DNA of 64,000 nt from Methanothrix sp. GTDB lineage: Archaea; Halobacteriota; Methanosarcinia; Methanotrichales; Methanotrichaceae. Each line of letters starts with the position of its first letter. Positions within the stretch are counted from its first letter, which is position 1. Location: assembly GCA_963682135.1 (NCBI GenBank), contig OY821645.1:2240001-2304000 (forward strand). The letters are read 5' to 3'. Below, piece after piece: positions 10,724 to 21,263 of the stretch. The notes beneath the pieces were generated by a model. That model did not search any database, was not told the origin of the DNA, and was given only the letters and a program-made list of their open reading frames with translations. Position numbers and translations under genes: made by a program.

Positions 10724-11397
10724 CGACTCTCCTATTGCTTTGGATATCGACGTAATTTCCGCCCTATGGTAATAAAGCTACTCCTTTCTTTTCTGGCCGA
10801 TGACTAAGAATAGTTATTCGATACTTATGGAAGTTCAGCATTCCACGCAATCAATTGAATCACCTTAGCTTGGCTCTCGTCGAACAGATCGACAAAATTG
10901 CTTTTTGCTATCGGACTGAGATGAAGTGGATCGTACTTGGTCTTTGATATGAAGATGCCCTTTTGAACCGGGGGCATTTTCATCACTCATGGGTGTCCCA
11001 ACGGACATGAAGGTATCTTGTGAGTCTAATAATTTCGTTTAGGCTAACTCGTTTGAAATGGATGTGGCAAGGCTTTTTCGAGACCATAAGTAGCGAACGG
11101 AATGCCAACCAGTTAGTTCAATACCGGTAATAACTTACAAGTTGCAAGCTGCGGGGTATTCGTCAAAAATAAACTGAGATCGGAGCATCAACTGATCAGC
11201 TTCTTGTCAAAAACCGAAAAATGGATCGATTTGGTGGTTGCCTTTCTGGCAGAAGATTTCAAGATGGGGTGCTACCAATATAGGCCACTTCGGCTCAGAA
11301 TAGATAGCAGAAGCTATAACAACTGCATGGCTTTCCAATAAATTTATCTTCAAGGCCCGCTATCACTTATCTGTTGAAAAGAGTGGAGGTTAAATTG

Positions 11398-12342
11398 ATG
11401 TTCAGGAAAATTAGGATAATTTTGAGCCTATTCTTTGTAGCAATGCTATGTATGAGCTTTAGCTTTGCTCAAGATAGCGAAGCAGCAAAATCAAACATAA
11501 TGGATGCGGCAAGCGAGCTTGGCCTCAACGAATTCGCTGCAGCGATTGAGGGGTCGGGACTGGCAGATACTCTGAATAACCAGGGTGTGCTCATAATCGG
11601 CTCCGGCTCCTTTGTGATCTTCGCGCCCAGTGATGACGCATTTGCAGAGGTCACGCAGGTTGATATGAACGCCATCAATGAGAACGCCACCGAGCTGAAA
11701 AGAGTGCTCGGCCATCATATCGTCTGGAACGACGGCAGCTTTGAGAACATCTCCGAGCTCTCCACAGCAAGAACATTGCAGGGAGAAAATCTAACCATCG
11801 ATAACATAGAAGGCATGAAGGTAAATGGAGCCAACATAACGGCGTCTAGAAGCTACGGCAACGGCACCATCTATGTGATCGACAGAGTACTGCTGCCAGA
11901 GAAGGCTTCGGGCCTTGGTGTGATTGAGGCTGCCAATGATCTGGGCGCCAAAAAGTTCGCTGCAGCCATCGATTCCGCCGGCCTCAGAGAGACACTCAAC
12001 GGCCAGGGACTCATGGGGATGGAGAGCCTCTCAGAAGGGCCATTTACAGTATTCGCCCCGAGCGACAGCGCCTTTGACGCAGCAAAAGCCGCCATTGATG
12101 CCATCAGCAAGAAAGATGCTACAGGCATGGTGAACCTTCTCTCCTACCATATGGTGAATTCCAGGAGCCTGCTTAATGCGACCGATATCAATTCCGCCAG
12201 GACCATGCTGGGAGACTCACTGGCAGTGGATGCAAACCTGGGCCTGGTGGGCAGCGCCAATGTCCTGAGGTCCGAGAGATATGCTAACGGCATTGTCTAT
12301 GTCATAGACCAGGTGCTTGTGCCCATAAGGCTGGCCATGTAA
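11398..12342 (+). CDS. Secreted fasciclin (two FAS1 domains) protein
   Basis: Signal peptide; two copies of F.(I/V)FAPSD.AF and NG.(I/V)YVID.VL. Confidence 0.9.
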   Translation: MFRKIRIILSLFFVAMLCMSFSFAQDSEAAKSNIMDAASELGLNEFAAAIEGSGLADTLNNQGVLIIGSGSFVIFAPSDDAFAEVTQVDMNAINENATELKRVLGHHIVWNDGSFENISELSTARTLQGENLTIDNIEGMKVNGANITASRSYGNGTIYVIDRVLLPEKASGLGVIEAANDLGAKKFAAAIDSAGLRETLNGQGLMGMESLSEGPFTVFAPSDSAFDAAKAAIDAISKKDATGMVNLLSYHMVNSRSLLNATDINSARTMLGDSLAVDANLGLVGSANVLRSERYANGIVYVIDQVLVPIRLAM

Positions 12343-12437
12343 AGCAAAGAGTGATAATTTTTTTTTGGAATCGAGGAGCTGAATCAGGGCAGGACCAATA
12401 TCAGCTTCTCATTCTTATACTATCATCATTTCCAAGG

Positions 12438-13808
12438 CTAACGCTTGAGCGGGCACTTTACCGATCTCCAGCCGGCCATGCCTCCTAAAATGACGTTCAG
12501 TCTCTTCCAGCCCCGCGCCTTCAGATAGCTCGCCGCCACCATGGACCGCATGCCGCTTCCGCAGAAGATGGATACCTCCCGGTCCAGCGGCACCTCATTC
12601 ATCCTCTCTCTTATGGCAGTGATGGGAATATGCTGCGCACCCTCGATTCTGCCGTCTCTTGCAAGCTCACCCTCAAATCTGACATCCAAAATCCATAAAG
12701 GCTCGCCTTCATCCAACTGACGGCAGAACTCCTGCACCGTTTGGGTTCTGACGGACTGCGACTCCTGTCCGAACATGTGCCAGCTGAGCATGCCACCCGC
12801 CAGAAATCCGGCAATGTCATCAAACCCCAGGCGCAGGAGAATGACTGCTATGCTCTCCACCAAATTGCCTTCGCCCACGAGAAGAATCGGCCGATCGTAG
12901 CTGAGGAACCAGCCGGCAAAGCTGGCCAGGCCATCTTGCCAGATGGATTGAGAGCCTGGAACATGAGCGGCAGCAAAAGCCAGCTCCTGGCGCGTATCCA
13001 GAACCTGAGCATTCTGCGTCTCAGAAAGGTCAAAAAAGCTCCTGGCATCCAGGGGCCGGGAAGATGGCAGGACCCCCAGAAGCGGCCTGCCTTCCAGATT
13101 CACCTTTTCCATACGGCGAAAGTAAGGAGGCCGATCCGGCTGGCTCTGCAATATTGAAGCCACAAACTGCTCTTTGCTCTTGGCCTGCAATCGTGCATTA
13201 TGCTTTTTCTCAATGCCAATGCTCGTCCAGAGACGCTCGGCAATCGACTCGCCACACACCGAGCCTGACCCGTGCGCCGGGCAGAGGATGACTTCATCTC
13301 CCAGCGGCAGTATTCTGGAAAAGAGACTCTCGTAAAGCAGTCCTGCATTCTCCTCAGCTAAATTTTTGCCCAGCAGATCGATTCTGCCCACCTCTCCGGC
13401 AAAGAGAGTATCCCCACAAAAGAGAATCCAGGGAATGCCGGCCGGATCACGCAGCAAATAGCTCATGCTTCCCGGGGTGTGGCCGGGCGTAGCGAGGGCT
13501 TCGACCTCCAGGCGGCCCACCCTCCATCTCTGGCTGGCGGTGACGGCACGACCATATTGGTAGTCCCACTGACCGTCGGCATGCCAGACCTCCGCTCCCG
13601 TCCGGGCAGCCAGTTCCATCGACCCTACAAAATAGTCCTCATTCCTGTGCGTCTCCAGAACGTAGGCAATACTCATTCCTGCCCCGAAGGCCATTTTCAT
13701 GTAGTCGTCAACATCCCTTCTGGGATCAATTACCAGGGCCTGGTTCTTGTCGCCGACCAGATAGGAGTAATGAGCAAGGCCTGCAGAGACAATCCGTTCC
13801 AGGAGCAT
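12438..13808 (-). CDS. MBL-fold metallo-hydrolase with two rhodanese domains
   Basis: ETHRNEDY, TPGHTPGS, GDTLFAGEVGR, PAHGSGSVCG, C-terminal FCGSGMRS rhodanese loop. Confidence 0.9.
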   Translation of the reverse strand: MLLERIVSAGLAHYSYLVGDKNQALVIDPRRDVDDYMKMAFGAGMSIAYVLETHRNEDYFVGSMELAARTGAEVWHADGQWDYQYGRAVTASQRWRVGRLEVEALATPGHTPGSMSYLLRDPAGIPWILFCGDTLFAGEVGRIDLLGKNLAEENAGLLYESLFSRILPLGDEVILCPAHGSGSVCGESIAERLWTSIGIEKKHNARLQAKSKEQFVASILQSQPDRPPYFRRMEKVNLEGRPLLGVLPSSRPLDARSFFDLSETQNAQVLDTRQELAFAAAHVPGSQSIWQDGLASFAGWFLSYDRPILLVGEGNLVESIAVILLRLGFDDIAGFLAGGMLSWHMFGQESQSVRTQTVQEFCRQLDEGEPLWILDVRFEGELARDGRIEGAQHIPITAIRERMNEVPLDREVSIFCGSGMRSMVAASYLKARGWKRLNVILGGMAGWRSVKCPLKR

Positions 13809-14504
13809 TTATTGCACCCCGATTCCAGGAGATCTTTGACTGCATCTTTTGCAATTAAATACATCATCTGCGCTGAGGAGCACCGGCTTGGCAGGATAAA
13901 TATCATAGCTTTCCCCACAGCAGTAGAGCCAGCCATCAAAGGATCTCTTTGTAGAGTAGCTGTTGTTAATGGCAAAATTTTTGGTTATATGATATGTGCC
14001 AATATATTCCTCTTCGATCTCAATGGCCGGATTCTTCCAGGCATGGCCGTCGCGTCCGGAAAGCACACCGATTTGCACCTTGCCGCTCGTAACGGTTTCA
14101 TCGATCTGCATCTGAGTTGTGGCATAGTTTATGTTTTCGTATTCACTCTGCATGCTGCGAGAAGTGGCCGTATATTCCCTCTTGCCGGAAACATCCTGGG
14201 CAAAACCAACCTCGTGACTCATGGATGTAGCTGAATTGGCATTAGAAAGCTCGGTCCTGCTGCCAATTCCGCCGCCAATAGCGAAAGGATGGGATGAATA
14301 GTAACCGCTTCCCGGCGTAAGGTCCACGGGAGCGCTGGATATTTTGTTCTCGCTTACAAAAGAGATAGATGAATTATTATAAGATGAATTGGCGTTGATA
14401 AAATCATCCGAGACTTGATCCAAAGAAGCATCGGCAGCGACAGCATTAGTCGCAACTGAAATTATGAGGAGCAGCAATAGAATCATTTTATCCTGCAAAT
14501 TCAC
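13809..14504 (-). CDS. Secreted hypothetical protein
   Basis: 231-aa ORF with signal peptide, tightly coupled to both neighbours. Confidence 0.7.
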   Translation of the reverse strand: MNLQDKMILLLLLIISVATNAVAADASLDQVSDDFINANSSYNNSSISFVSENKISSAPVDLTPGSGYYSSHPFAIGGGIGSRTELSNANSATSMSHEVGFAQDVSGKREYTATSRSMQSEYENINYATTQMQIDETVTSGKVQIGVLSGRDGHAWKNPAIEIEEEYIGTYHITKNFAINNSYSTKRSFDGWLYCCGESYDIYPAKPVLLSADDVFNCKRCSQRSPGIGVQ

Positions 14505-14989
14505 AAATTAAGCCTCCAGAGGGTGTAATTGAGAAACGTGGCAAAGCTCACCCAGAATATGTAAGGAACAAGAAGCAGAGATGCATATTTGCTGATATAC
14601 CAAAACCGGATGATGCATTGCAGTATGAGAAGCCAGAGGAACACAATTACTACGATTGCGGCCAGGGGCGACTGCAAACCAAAAAAAGCGTAGGACCAGA
14701 GAATATTGACCAGGAGCTGAAAAGCAAATACGACCAGAGCAATTTTGGTGTTATTGCTGCTTGTCCCCTTTTGCCAGATCAAGAAGAGAGATAGGCCCAT
14801 GAGAGCAAAGAGAATTATCCACACGGCAGAGATGATCGACCCGGGCGGCGTAAACCAGGGTTTATCAAGGGTCGTATACCAGGTGGTAACGGACCCTGCC
14901 GTGAACTGCGAACCTATGACTCCGGCTAGCTGGCATGTAGCTATACATAAAATGAGCCTGGCAAGCTCCCTCAACATTATGGAATTCAT
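14501..14989 (-). CDS. tspO: TspO/MBR tryptophan-rich sensory protein
   Basis: WYTTLDKPWFTPP, NILWSYAFFG, LLVPYIFWVSFATFLN; start uncertain. Confidence 0.9.
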   Translation of the reverse strand: MNSIMLRELARLILCIATCQLAGVIGSQFTAGSVTTWYTTLDKPWFTPPGSIISAVWIILFALMGLSLFLIWQKGTSSNNTKIALVVFAFQLLVNILWSYAFFGLQSPLAAIVVIVFLWLLILQCIIRFWYISKYASLLLVPYIFWVSFATFLNYTLWRLNL

Positions 14990-15073
14990 CAGCCATTCCT
15001 TGCCATTCATGCGAGGCAAATATTCCGAAAGCCTTGCTTTCCTTAAGCCTATATTGCATATATTTATTTCTGT

Positions 15074-16180
15074 TCACTGCTTTGCTGTAGCGGCCGTGAG
15101 GCTGGTAACATTCGATTTAGTGAAGAAGCCATCAAAATCCCCGTATCGATGAATATACTCCAAGACCAGGAGAGTATTCCTGGAAGGCTGGCTGAAGATC
15201 TGCTTCAGGCCTTCTTCGGGAGAGCCAACCAAATCGAGGAGGAACTTCATTTTATCTTTTCGCAGAGCCTCTACAGTTGCATCAATTTCTTCCGTTTGGA
15301 AGGCGATGTGATGGACACGAGGGCCGAAGTTGCTTATGAATTTCTCTGTGGGCCCGGAGGCTTCCCGGCTGACAAAAGGAGTAATCCCGGAGGTGAAGAC
15401 CATAGCAAAGTCAGAAGAGGAGAGACGGGCTACATTGGTGATGGAATTTAGACTCTTCACATAAATAGCGAAATCGAAATTGTAGTTGGTAAGCCGCATG
15501 AACTCCAGTATGGCAGGATCACGATCTTGAGCCCTTACCCGGGTGGCGGCGTGGTCCAGCCAGCGAACATTGCCAAGAGCAGAAGGCTTTGCAGATATAT
15601 TCCAGTCAACGCCGTGGCTTTCTGGAGAGGAATAGACACCCCTATCGCCCTTCCATTCAATGAATCCCAGAGAGTTTCCGGTGAACCGGGAAGGCATTGT
15701 CTGGATAAAATAGTAGTTGCCAAAATCAAGTATTTCGCTCTGGAATTTTATGTTTGCCGGGGATTGCAGGGATACGTACCTCTTGATATCATAGGTCTCA
15801 AAGACAAAGGTCTCCAGTCGAGTATTAGGATAATCACGGGCCTGTGGGGCAGTGTTAAATTCGCTGAACGGATTGCTGCCCTTCAGCCTGGACCGAATGA
15901 GGAAGTCTGCCGAGCGAGACTTATCTGAGCCTGGGACTTTGAGAACGCAGGTTTTGTGCTCTCCATCCATAAATGCCTCTTGAAATTGAAGGCCGCTATA
16001 TCTGATGAGCTCCTCTGCGGCAGATTTATGCAGATGCTTCTCGGTGTTGATAATTACAGCCTGTAGCCCTCCCACCAGGCCTTCCAGCCCGCAGAGCTTT
16101 CGCTCTTCCATGACACGGGCCGCCTCTTTTCTCAGGACTTCATCGCGGTTTTGCTGATCCATTTCCATTGCCACCCCCAA
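15074..16180 (-). CDS. VOC/glyoxalase-superfamily protein, 4-hydroxyphenylpyruvate dioxygenase-like
   Basis: LDHAATRV, GPRVHHIAF, LKQIFSQP, LEYIHR..FDGFF (His/His/Glu triad pattern). Confidence 0.75.
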   Translation of the reverse strand: MGVAMEMDQQNRDEVLRKEAARVMEERKLCGLEGLVGGLQAVIINTEKHLHKSAAEELIRYSGLQFQEAFMDGEHKTCVLKVPGSDKSRSADFLIRSRLKGSNPFSEFNTAPQARDYPNTRLETFVFETYDIKRYVSLQSPANIKFQSEILDFGNYYFIQTMPSRFTGNSLGFIEWKGDRGVYSSPESHGVDWNISAKPSALGNVRWLDHAATRVRAQDRDPAILEFMRLTNYNFDFAIYVKSLNSITNVARLSSSDFAMVFTSGITPFVSREASGPTEKFISNFGPRVHHIAFQTEEIDATVEALRKDKMKFLLDLVGSPEEGLKQIFSQPSRNTLLVLEYIHRYGDFDGFFTKSNVTSLTAATAKQ

Positions 16181-16193
16181 ATTTCATCCTTCC

Positions 16194-16592
16194 TTAAGCC
16201 TCAATTTGGTGAGTCTCGTCAATCTCTTTATCGTAAATCTCTTCATCTTCTGCCCGCCAGGAGGGACTGACCATGCAAATGAATTTTAGAATAATGTCTC
16301 CTGTATTTTGAATATATTGCCGGGAGCCGGGCGGAATCAGGGCGGCCTGGCCGGCTGAAACCAGGGCCATCTCGGTGTCGATGTGCATCTTACCCTCACC
16401 CTCCAGGATAAAGTAGATCTCTGTAGAGGTTTTCAGCCGATGAGGAAGGGATGCCGCGCCGGGCTGCAAGACAGCATGAGCGATGCTGTAGGGGAGATCC
16501 AGCCCCTCCCGCTCAGGGTGAAGCAGCTCGCAGATAAGAGTATTATCTGCCGCCCGAAAGTATCTGCAATTTGCCAAATCTCTTATGATCAT
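16194..16592 (-). CDS. Cupin domain protein
   Basis: PHRLKTSTEIYFILEGEG...IPPGSRQYIQNTG. Confidence 0.88.
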   Translation of the reverse strand: MIIRDLANCRYFRAADNTLICELLHPEREGLDLPYSIAHAVLQPGAASLPHRLKTSTEIYFILEGEGKMHIDTEMALVSAGQAALIPPGSRQYIQNTGDIILKFICMVSPSWRAEDEEIYDKEIDETHQIEA

Positions 16593-16816
16593 TTATTGGA
16601 CCTTCCTTTCCGAAAGCCTGTATTCTTGAATTGTCATTACTACTACAAGGAGATTTTTATTGACCAGAGTGGCCACAGAATGAATGACCCTGGTTCTTGC
16701 CATCCGAGATAATTGATGAGATGATCCAATCCATCAGATCTGGCATCCTGGAAATCATATGCATCAGACGGGAGGGGAGTGGATATTTATCTCAGTTAAG
16801 ATAAGGAAAATAGCGA

Positions 16817-17416
16817 ATGCGCCTGATAGAGATATTCTATTCCATACAGGGCGAGGGCCCGGCCATGGGAAGGCCTGCCACCTTCGTTCGGCTGGCCGGC
16901 TGCAATCTTCGTTGCCAGGGATGCGATACAGACGAACGGCCATGCCAGGAATTATCCATAGAAGAGGTGATGAAGTGCATCCCAAGCCGAATGGTAGTCA
17001 TCACCGGAGGAGAGCCTACCCTGCAGATGGAGCAGCTGTCGGAATTGATTATATCATTGCATGGCCAGGGTAAGGAGATTCACATTGAGACCAACGGCAC
17101 CAATCCCATTGCGCAAGATATCCTGGAAAAGATCCATTACGCAGTAGTCAGCCCCAAGCGGGGATCGGACTTCCATCTCAACTTTTGGGCAGGGAAAAAG
17201 AATGTCCACCTCAAATTTGTATTGGGCGAAGCTCCTTGGTGCTGGACCTCTGAACTATTGCATGATATTGTCCTCGCCCTGGAAAAAAAGAGGACCTGGA
17301 TTATGGCCTACGGAACAGACCCCACGATGCCGGAAGCCCGGAGGGCCTGGGATCTGGCTTTGAGCCTGGGCATCAATTACTCGGACAGACTGCATGTCCG
17401 TCTGAAGAGAAGATAG
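16817..17416 (+). CDS. queE: 7-carboxy-7-deazaguanine synthase (radical SAM)
   Basis: EIFYSIQGEG, FVRLAGCNLRCQGCDT, VITGGEPTLQ, IETNGT, VSPK, RLHV. Confidence 0.88.
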   Translation: MRLIEIFYSIQGEGPAMGRPATFVRLAGCNLRCQGCDTDERPCQELSIEEVMKCIPSRMVVITGGEPTLQMEQLSELIISLHGQGKEIHIETNGTNPIAQDILEKIHYAVVSPKRGSDFHLNFWAGKKNVHLKFVLGEAPWCWTSELLHDIVLALEKKRTWIMAYGTDPTMPEARRAWDLALSLGINYSDRLHVRLKRR

Positions 17417-17564
17417 ATCAAATTAGATCTTCAATCATTGAGGGGATGGATCCGCCCGCCGGGAGTAGTCAAAAGAGAGTCTGGCCGGGCGGTCTAAATC
17501 GTAGTAGTACCAGTGGCTATGAGTAGATTTGCCGCGCGGGGCGAAAGTAAGGAGGTTGAAATTT

Positions 17565-17918
17565 ATGAGAATCATGGAGATCGAGATTATGGGAAAGGGA
17601 AAAGCAATGGCAAAGCTGGACGAAAGGAATCCCAAGACAAGAGAGGCATTCTTTGATGCACTTCCCATAGAGGGTATAGCCAACCTCTGGGGTGAGGAGG
17701 TTTACTTCGATGTGCCTTTGCAGATGGACAACGAGAATCCGTCACCCACGGCAGCCGCTGGTGATATTTGCTACTGGTCGCCAGGCCCGGCATTTTGCAT
17801 CTTCTTTGGTAAGACCCAGCCATATTCTTCAGTGAACCATATCGGGAAGATCACACAGGGATTGGAGATATTCAAACACGTGTCCAGCGGAGATCGGATA
17901 GTTTTGAGGAAAAGGTGA
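17565..17918 (+). CDS. Cyclophilin-like fold protein (DUF369/TM1367-like)
   Basis: LWGEEVYF, GDICYWSPGPAFCIFFGKT; ATG follows GGAGG. Confidence 0.82.
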   Translation: MRIMEIEIMGKGKAMAKLDERNPKTREAFFDALPIEGIANLWGEEVYFDVPLQMDNENPSPTAAAGDICYWSPGPAFCIFFGKTQPYSSVNHIGKITQGLEIFKHVSSGDRIVLRKR

Positions 17919-18038
17919 GCGTTCGTTGTTCTTTGTGAGGCTCGTTCTCTTTAAAGTTGATCTCTTCGCGAGAACTGATTATTCGTGAGACCTGAAAGAA
18001 AAAAGTGAATTGAACGGACCTTAGACAGACGAAAATAG

Positions 18039-18359
18039 CTACTTTCTACGCTTGACCACCACTATTCTTTCCACATCTGTCTCAGGCTTATCCAAATATT
18101 CCATACCCACCTTTTTGACCTTGGGCTTCCAGATCTCAGCCGGCATCCATGCAGGAGCATTCTTTGGTTTCTTTATTTGTACCCGCTCGCCGGTAAAAAT
18201 ATGCACCTTCTTTGTGCCACGCTCCCGAAGTCTGATGTCCGTGTGACCACGATTGGCAGCCTTCAAAGCAGCTTGTCTCGGTGCTTTCCCTGTAAAGACA
18301 CCGATCTCGTTACCATCCTTGTCCCGCAGGGCAAAGTTCCTCATCTCTTTCTCAGCCAA
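18039..18359 (-). CDS. Non-histone chromosomal protein MC1
   Basis: RNFALRD..GNEIGVFTGKAPRQAALKAANRG..IRLRERGTKKVHIF..PAWMP..IWKP. Confidence 0.95.
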   Translation of the reverse strand: MAEKEMRNFALRDKDGNEIGVFTGKAPRQAALKAANRGHTDIRLRERGTKKVHIFTGERVQIKKPKNAPAWMPAEIWKPKVKKVGMEYLDKPETDVERIVVVKRRK

Positions 18360-18446
18360 ACTATCCCTCCTTGATCAAAGACCGATAAGCATTGAAAGGA
18401 CTACTTGTATAAATTGGTTCCGTGTAATATGTAATTATTGTGCTGC

Positions 18447-20951
18447 TCAGATATTTCTGATAACTTCAGCGTTCTCTGCCGTGAGATTGCCAAGGGCATC
18501 TATTGCCCTTCTGGCTGCCTCTCGGATATCACCGTCGCTATCATTAAGAGCCTGCTTCAATGGCCCAGCGGACCTGCTGTCTTTGATTTTTCCTAGGGCT
18601 ACAGCAGCACCATACCGTACCACGTTGTAGTTGTCCTGGAGAGACTGGATCAATGGTTCTACGGCCCTGCCATCTTTCAGTTCTCCGAGAGCCAAAGCTA
18701 CACTTGATCGCACACCGCTGTAGCCGTCCTGGAGAGCCAGGATCAATGGTTCTACGGCTCTGGCATCTTTGATATTTCCCAGAGCCGATGCAGCAAACCT
18801 TTGAACATCATAATCGCTATCATTGAGAGCCAGGATCAATGAGTCGACAGCTCGGCTATCGTTAAGATCGCCAAGAGCAAAAGCTGCGCTTGATCTGACA
18901 CCACTATCGCTATCATTGAGTGCCAGGATCAGTGAGTCGACAGCTCGGCTATCGTTAAGATCGCCAAGAGCAGAAGCTGCGCGCGATCTGACAAAACTGC
19001 TGCTATCATTGAGTGCCTTGATCAGTGGGACAACAGCTCTGCTATCGTGAAGGTCGCCGATAGCCGATGCTGCGCTTGATCTGACACCACTATCGCTATC
19101 ATTGAGAGCCAGGATCAATGGATCGATCCCATCTATCTCAACGATAGCCGATGACGCAATCGTTTGTACATCCCAGTAGCTGTCATTGAGTGCCAGGATC
19201 AATGGACCTATGGCCCTGCTATCGCTGAGATTGCCGAGAGATTGGGCAGCACTCATTCTGACATCGCTGTCGCTGTCATTCAGAGCCCGAATCAGTGAAT
19301 CGACTGCATTGGGGTCGTTGAGCTTCCCGAGAGATTTTGCGCTCTCACTTCGGACCTGCCAATCGCCGTCATTGAGAGCCTGAATCAATGGGCCAACGGC
19401 TCTGCCATCATGAAGAAGGCCGAGAGACTGAGCAGCACTCGATCTGACGTCGCTTTCGCTATCATTGAGAGCCAGGACCAGTGACTCGACGGCTCTGCTA
19501 TCGTTGAGATTGCCAAGAGCTGCAGCAGAACCTTCCCGTACGTCGCTATCACTATCATTAAGGACCTTAATCAGAGGATCAAAGGCTCTTTGGTCTCCCA
19601 GTTCACCAAGAACCACGGCTGCATTCTCTCGGACATAGCTGTTCTCATCTTTGAGTGCCAAGATCAGCGGATCGATAGCCCGGCTATCATTGAGCTTGCC
19701 CAGAGCGAGAACTGCATGCTGTCGGACATCGCTGTCCTCATCTCCGAGAGCCAGGATCAGAGGACCAACTGCCCTGGGATCTATGAGATCAACAAGAGCC
19801 TCGGCAGCATATTCCCGGACATTCGCGTTGCCATCCTCGAGAGCCGAGATGAATGCACCGGCCTCTCCTATGTCGATCAGAGCCGATGATGCCATCTCTT
19901 GAACATCCCAATCACTGTCATTGAGAGCCAGAACCAGTGGATCGACTGCCCTTGGATCTTTGATATGGCCCAGAGCCAATGCGGCCATTTCTCGGACCCA
20001 CTCATCTTCATCCTTGAGTGCCTGGATCAGCGGGACAACAGCTCGGCTATCGTTGAGATTGCCAAGGGACTGGGCTGCAATTTCTCGCAAATCACTGTCG
20101 CGATCACCAAGAGCCAGGATTAACGGATCGACGGCCCGGCTATCATTGAGATTGCCCAGAGCCAGGGCAGCGTTCATTCGGACATAGAGATCACTATCAT
20201 TGAGTGCCTCGATCAATGGACCGACAGCTCTGGAATCATTAATCTCTCCCAGAGACAATGCAGCCCTCCATCGGACATAGTGATCGCTATCATGCAGTGC
20301 CCGGATCAATGAATCGACTGCCCTTGCATCTCTAAAATCACCAAGAGCCGATGCAGCACCCGATCGGACATCTCTGTCGCTATCATTCAAATCCTCGATC
20401 AGAGATTCGAAAGTTTTAGAGCTGTAGGGTATTACATGAGTCTTGTTCTTTGCCATACCTTTGATGAGTTCGGCTGCTTTTTCGTAAGCTTGCGGTGCAG
20501 CGAAATTACTTACGCCCACCGAACTTGTTGAATTGTTTCTTGTAATCGAAATACTTTCGCAAGAGCCATCCCTTACCTCGGGATTATAGTAGCTATCATT
20601 GAGAGAATAGAATCCACTTTTTCCAAGTTTATCGAGAAGGTCTTTCAATTCGGTCTCATTTAGTGCAAACGTCTTTCTGAACTCTTCCTGCTCGAACCTC
20701 TGTCCATCTTCGAAAATAATAAGGTTGCCACTCCCACTCTCGTAGAGGCCAAACCCATCTGATTCTATCCAGATATCCGTCCTGCCCCATTCGGCATGAC
20801 AGGCACCATAAGAATAATGAATAATCAAAGGCATGCTTTCGTTCATGGGCTGGGGTGAAGACTCTATGCCAGCGCCAGTACATGCTGACACAAGTACCAG
20901 CATATAGATGCAAAACAATATTCTCATGTATTTCATTCTCTTGCGTTCCAT
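18447..20951 (-). CDS. Secreted HEAT (PBS-lyase-like) repeat protein, about 21 repeats of about 31 aa
   Basis: Repeats of LI.ALNDSD..VR..AA.ALG.L.D.RAV.P; N-terminal signal peptide ending LVSAC; start at 20951 or 20936. Confidence 0.9.
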   Translation of the reverse strand: MERKRMKYMRILFCIYMLVLVSACTGAGIESSPQPMNESMPLIIHYSYGACHAEWGRTDIWIESDGFGLYESGSGNLIIFEDGQRFEQEEFRKTFALNETELKDLLDKLGKSGFYSLNDSYYNPEVRDGSCESISITRNNSTSSVGVSNFAAPQAYEKAAELIKGMAKNKTHVIPYSSKTFESLIEDLNDSDRDVRSGAASALGDFRDARAVDSLIRALHDSDHYVRWRAALSLGEINDSRAVGPLIEALNDSDLYVRMNAALALGNLNDSRAVDPLILALGDRDSDLREIAAQSLGNLNDSRAVVPLIQALKDEDEWVREMAALALGHIKDPRAVDPLVLALNDSDWDVQEMASSALIDIGEAGAFISALEDGNANVREYAAEALVDLIDPRAVGPLILALGDEDSDVRQHAVLALGKLNDSRAIDPLILALKDENSYVRENAAVVLGELGDQRAFDPLIKVLNDSDSDVREGSAAALGNLNDSRAVESLVLALNDSESDVRSSAAQSLGLLHDGRAVGPLIQALNDGDWQVRSESAKSLGKLNDPNAVDSLIRALNDSDSDVRMSAAQSLGNLSDSRAIGPLILALNDSYWDVQTIASSAIVEIDGIDPLILALNDSDSGVRSSAASAIGDLHDSRAVVPLIKALNDSSSFVRSRAASALGDLNDSRAVDSLILALNDSDSGVRSSAAFALGDLNDSRAVDSLILALNDSDYDVQRFAASALGNIKDARAVEPLILALQDGYSGVRSSVALALGELKDGRAVEPLIQSLQDNYNVVRYGAAVALGKIKDSRSAGPLKQALNDSDGDIREAARRAIDALGNLTAENAEVIRNI

Positions 20952-21263
20952 TAATGGTGATCCGATCTTGATATTTCCTTTGCCGGTTGTTACATTGCCT
21001 GCATAGTATTTATTCTCACCTAAGGCAACTACGATGCACTTCTGATGCTTTGATAAAATCCTAATGTTTGAGGGGAAGTAAATCTGAGGTCTTCTTCGGA
21101 CATTCTTATGACTTGCCGTCAAGGAGAAGAAGTCTTAAATATTGCTTACAAAAATATCAAGTATTATGAACAAATTATATTTGTATCAGCAAAATCTTAC
21201 AATGAGATGCTCAATTCGGAAACGATCCATAAGGAAATTAACTATGGGTGTGGTATCATAGGG

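Noticed and set aside
11144-11160. GCAAGCTGCGGGGTATT resembling half of an IS200/IS605-type or REP-like palindrome
   Set aside because: Only one arm is present, with no transposase or second copy in the window
18823-20187. Antisense ORFs with internal repeats over the HEAT gene (likewise over the pentapeptide and DUF11 repeats)
   Set aside because: Shadow frames of repetitive coding sequence
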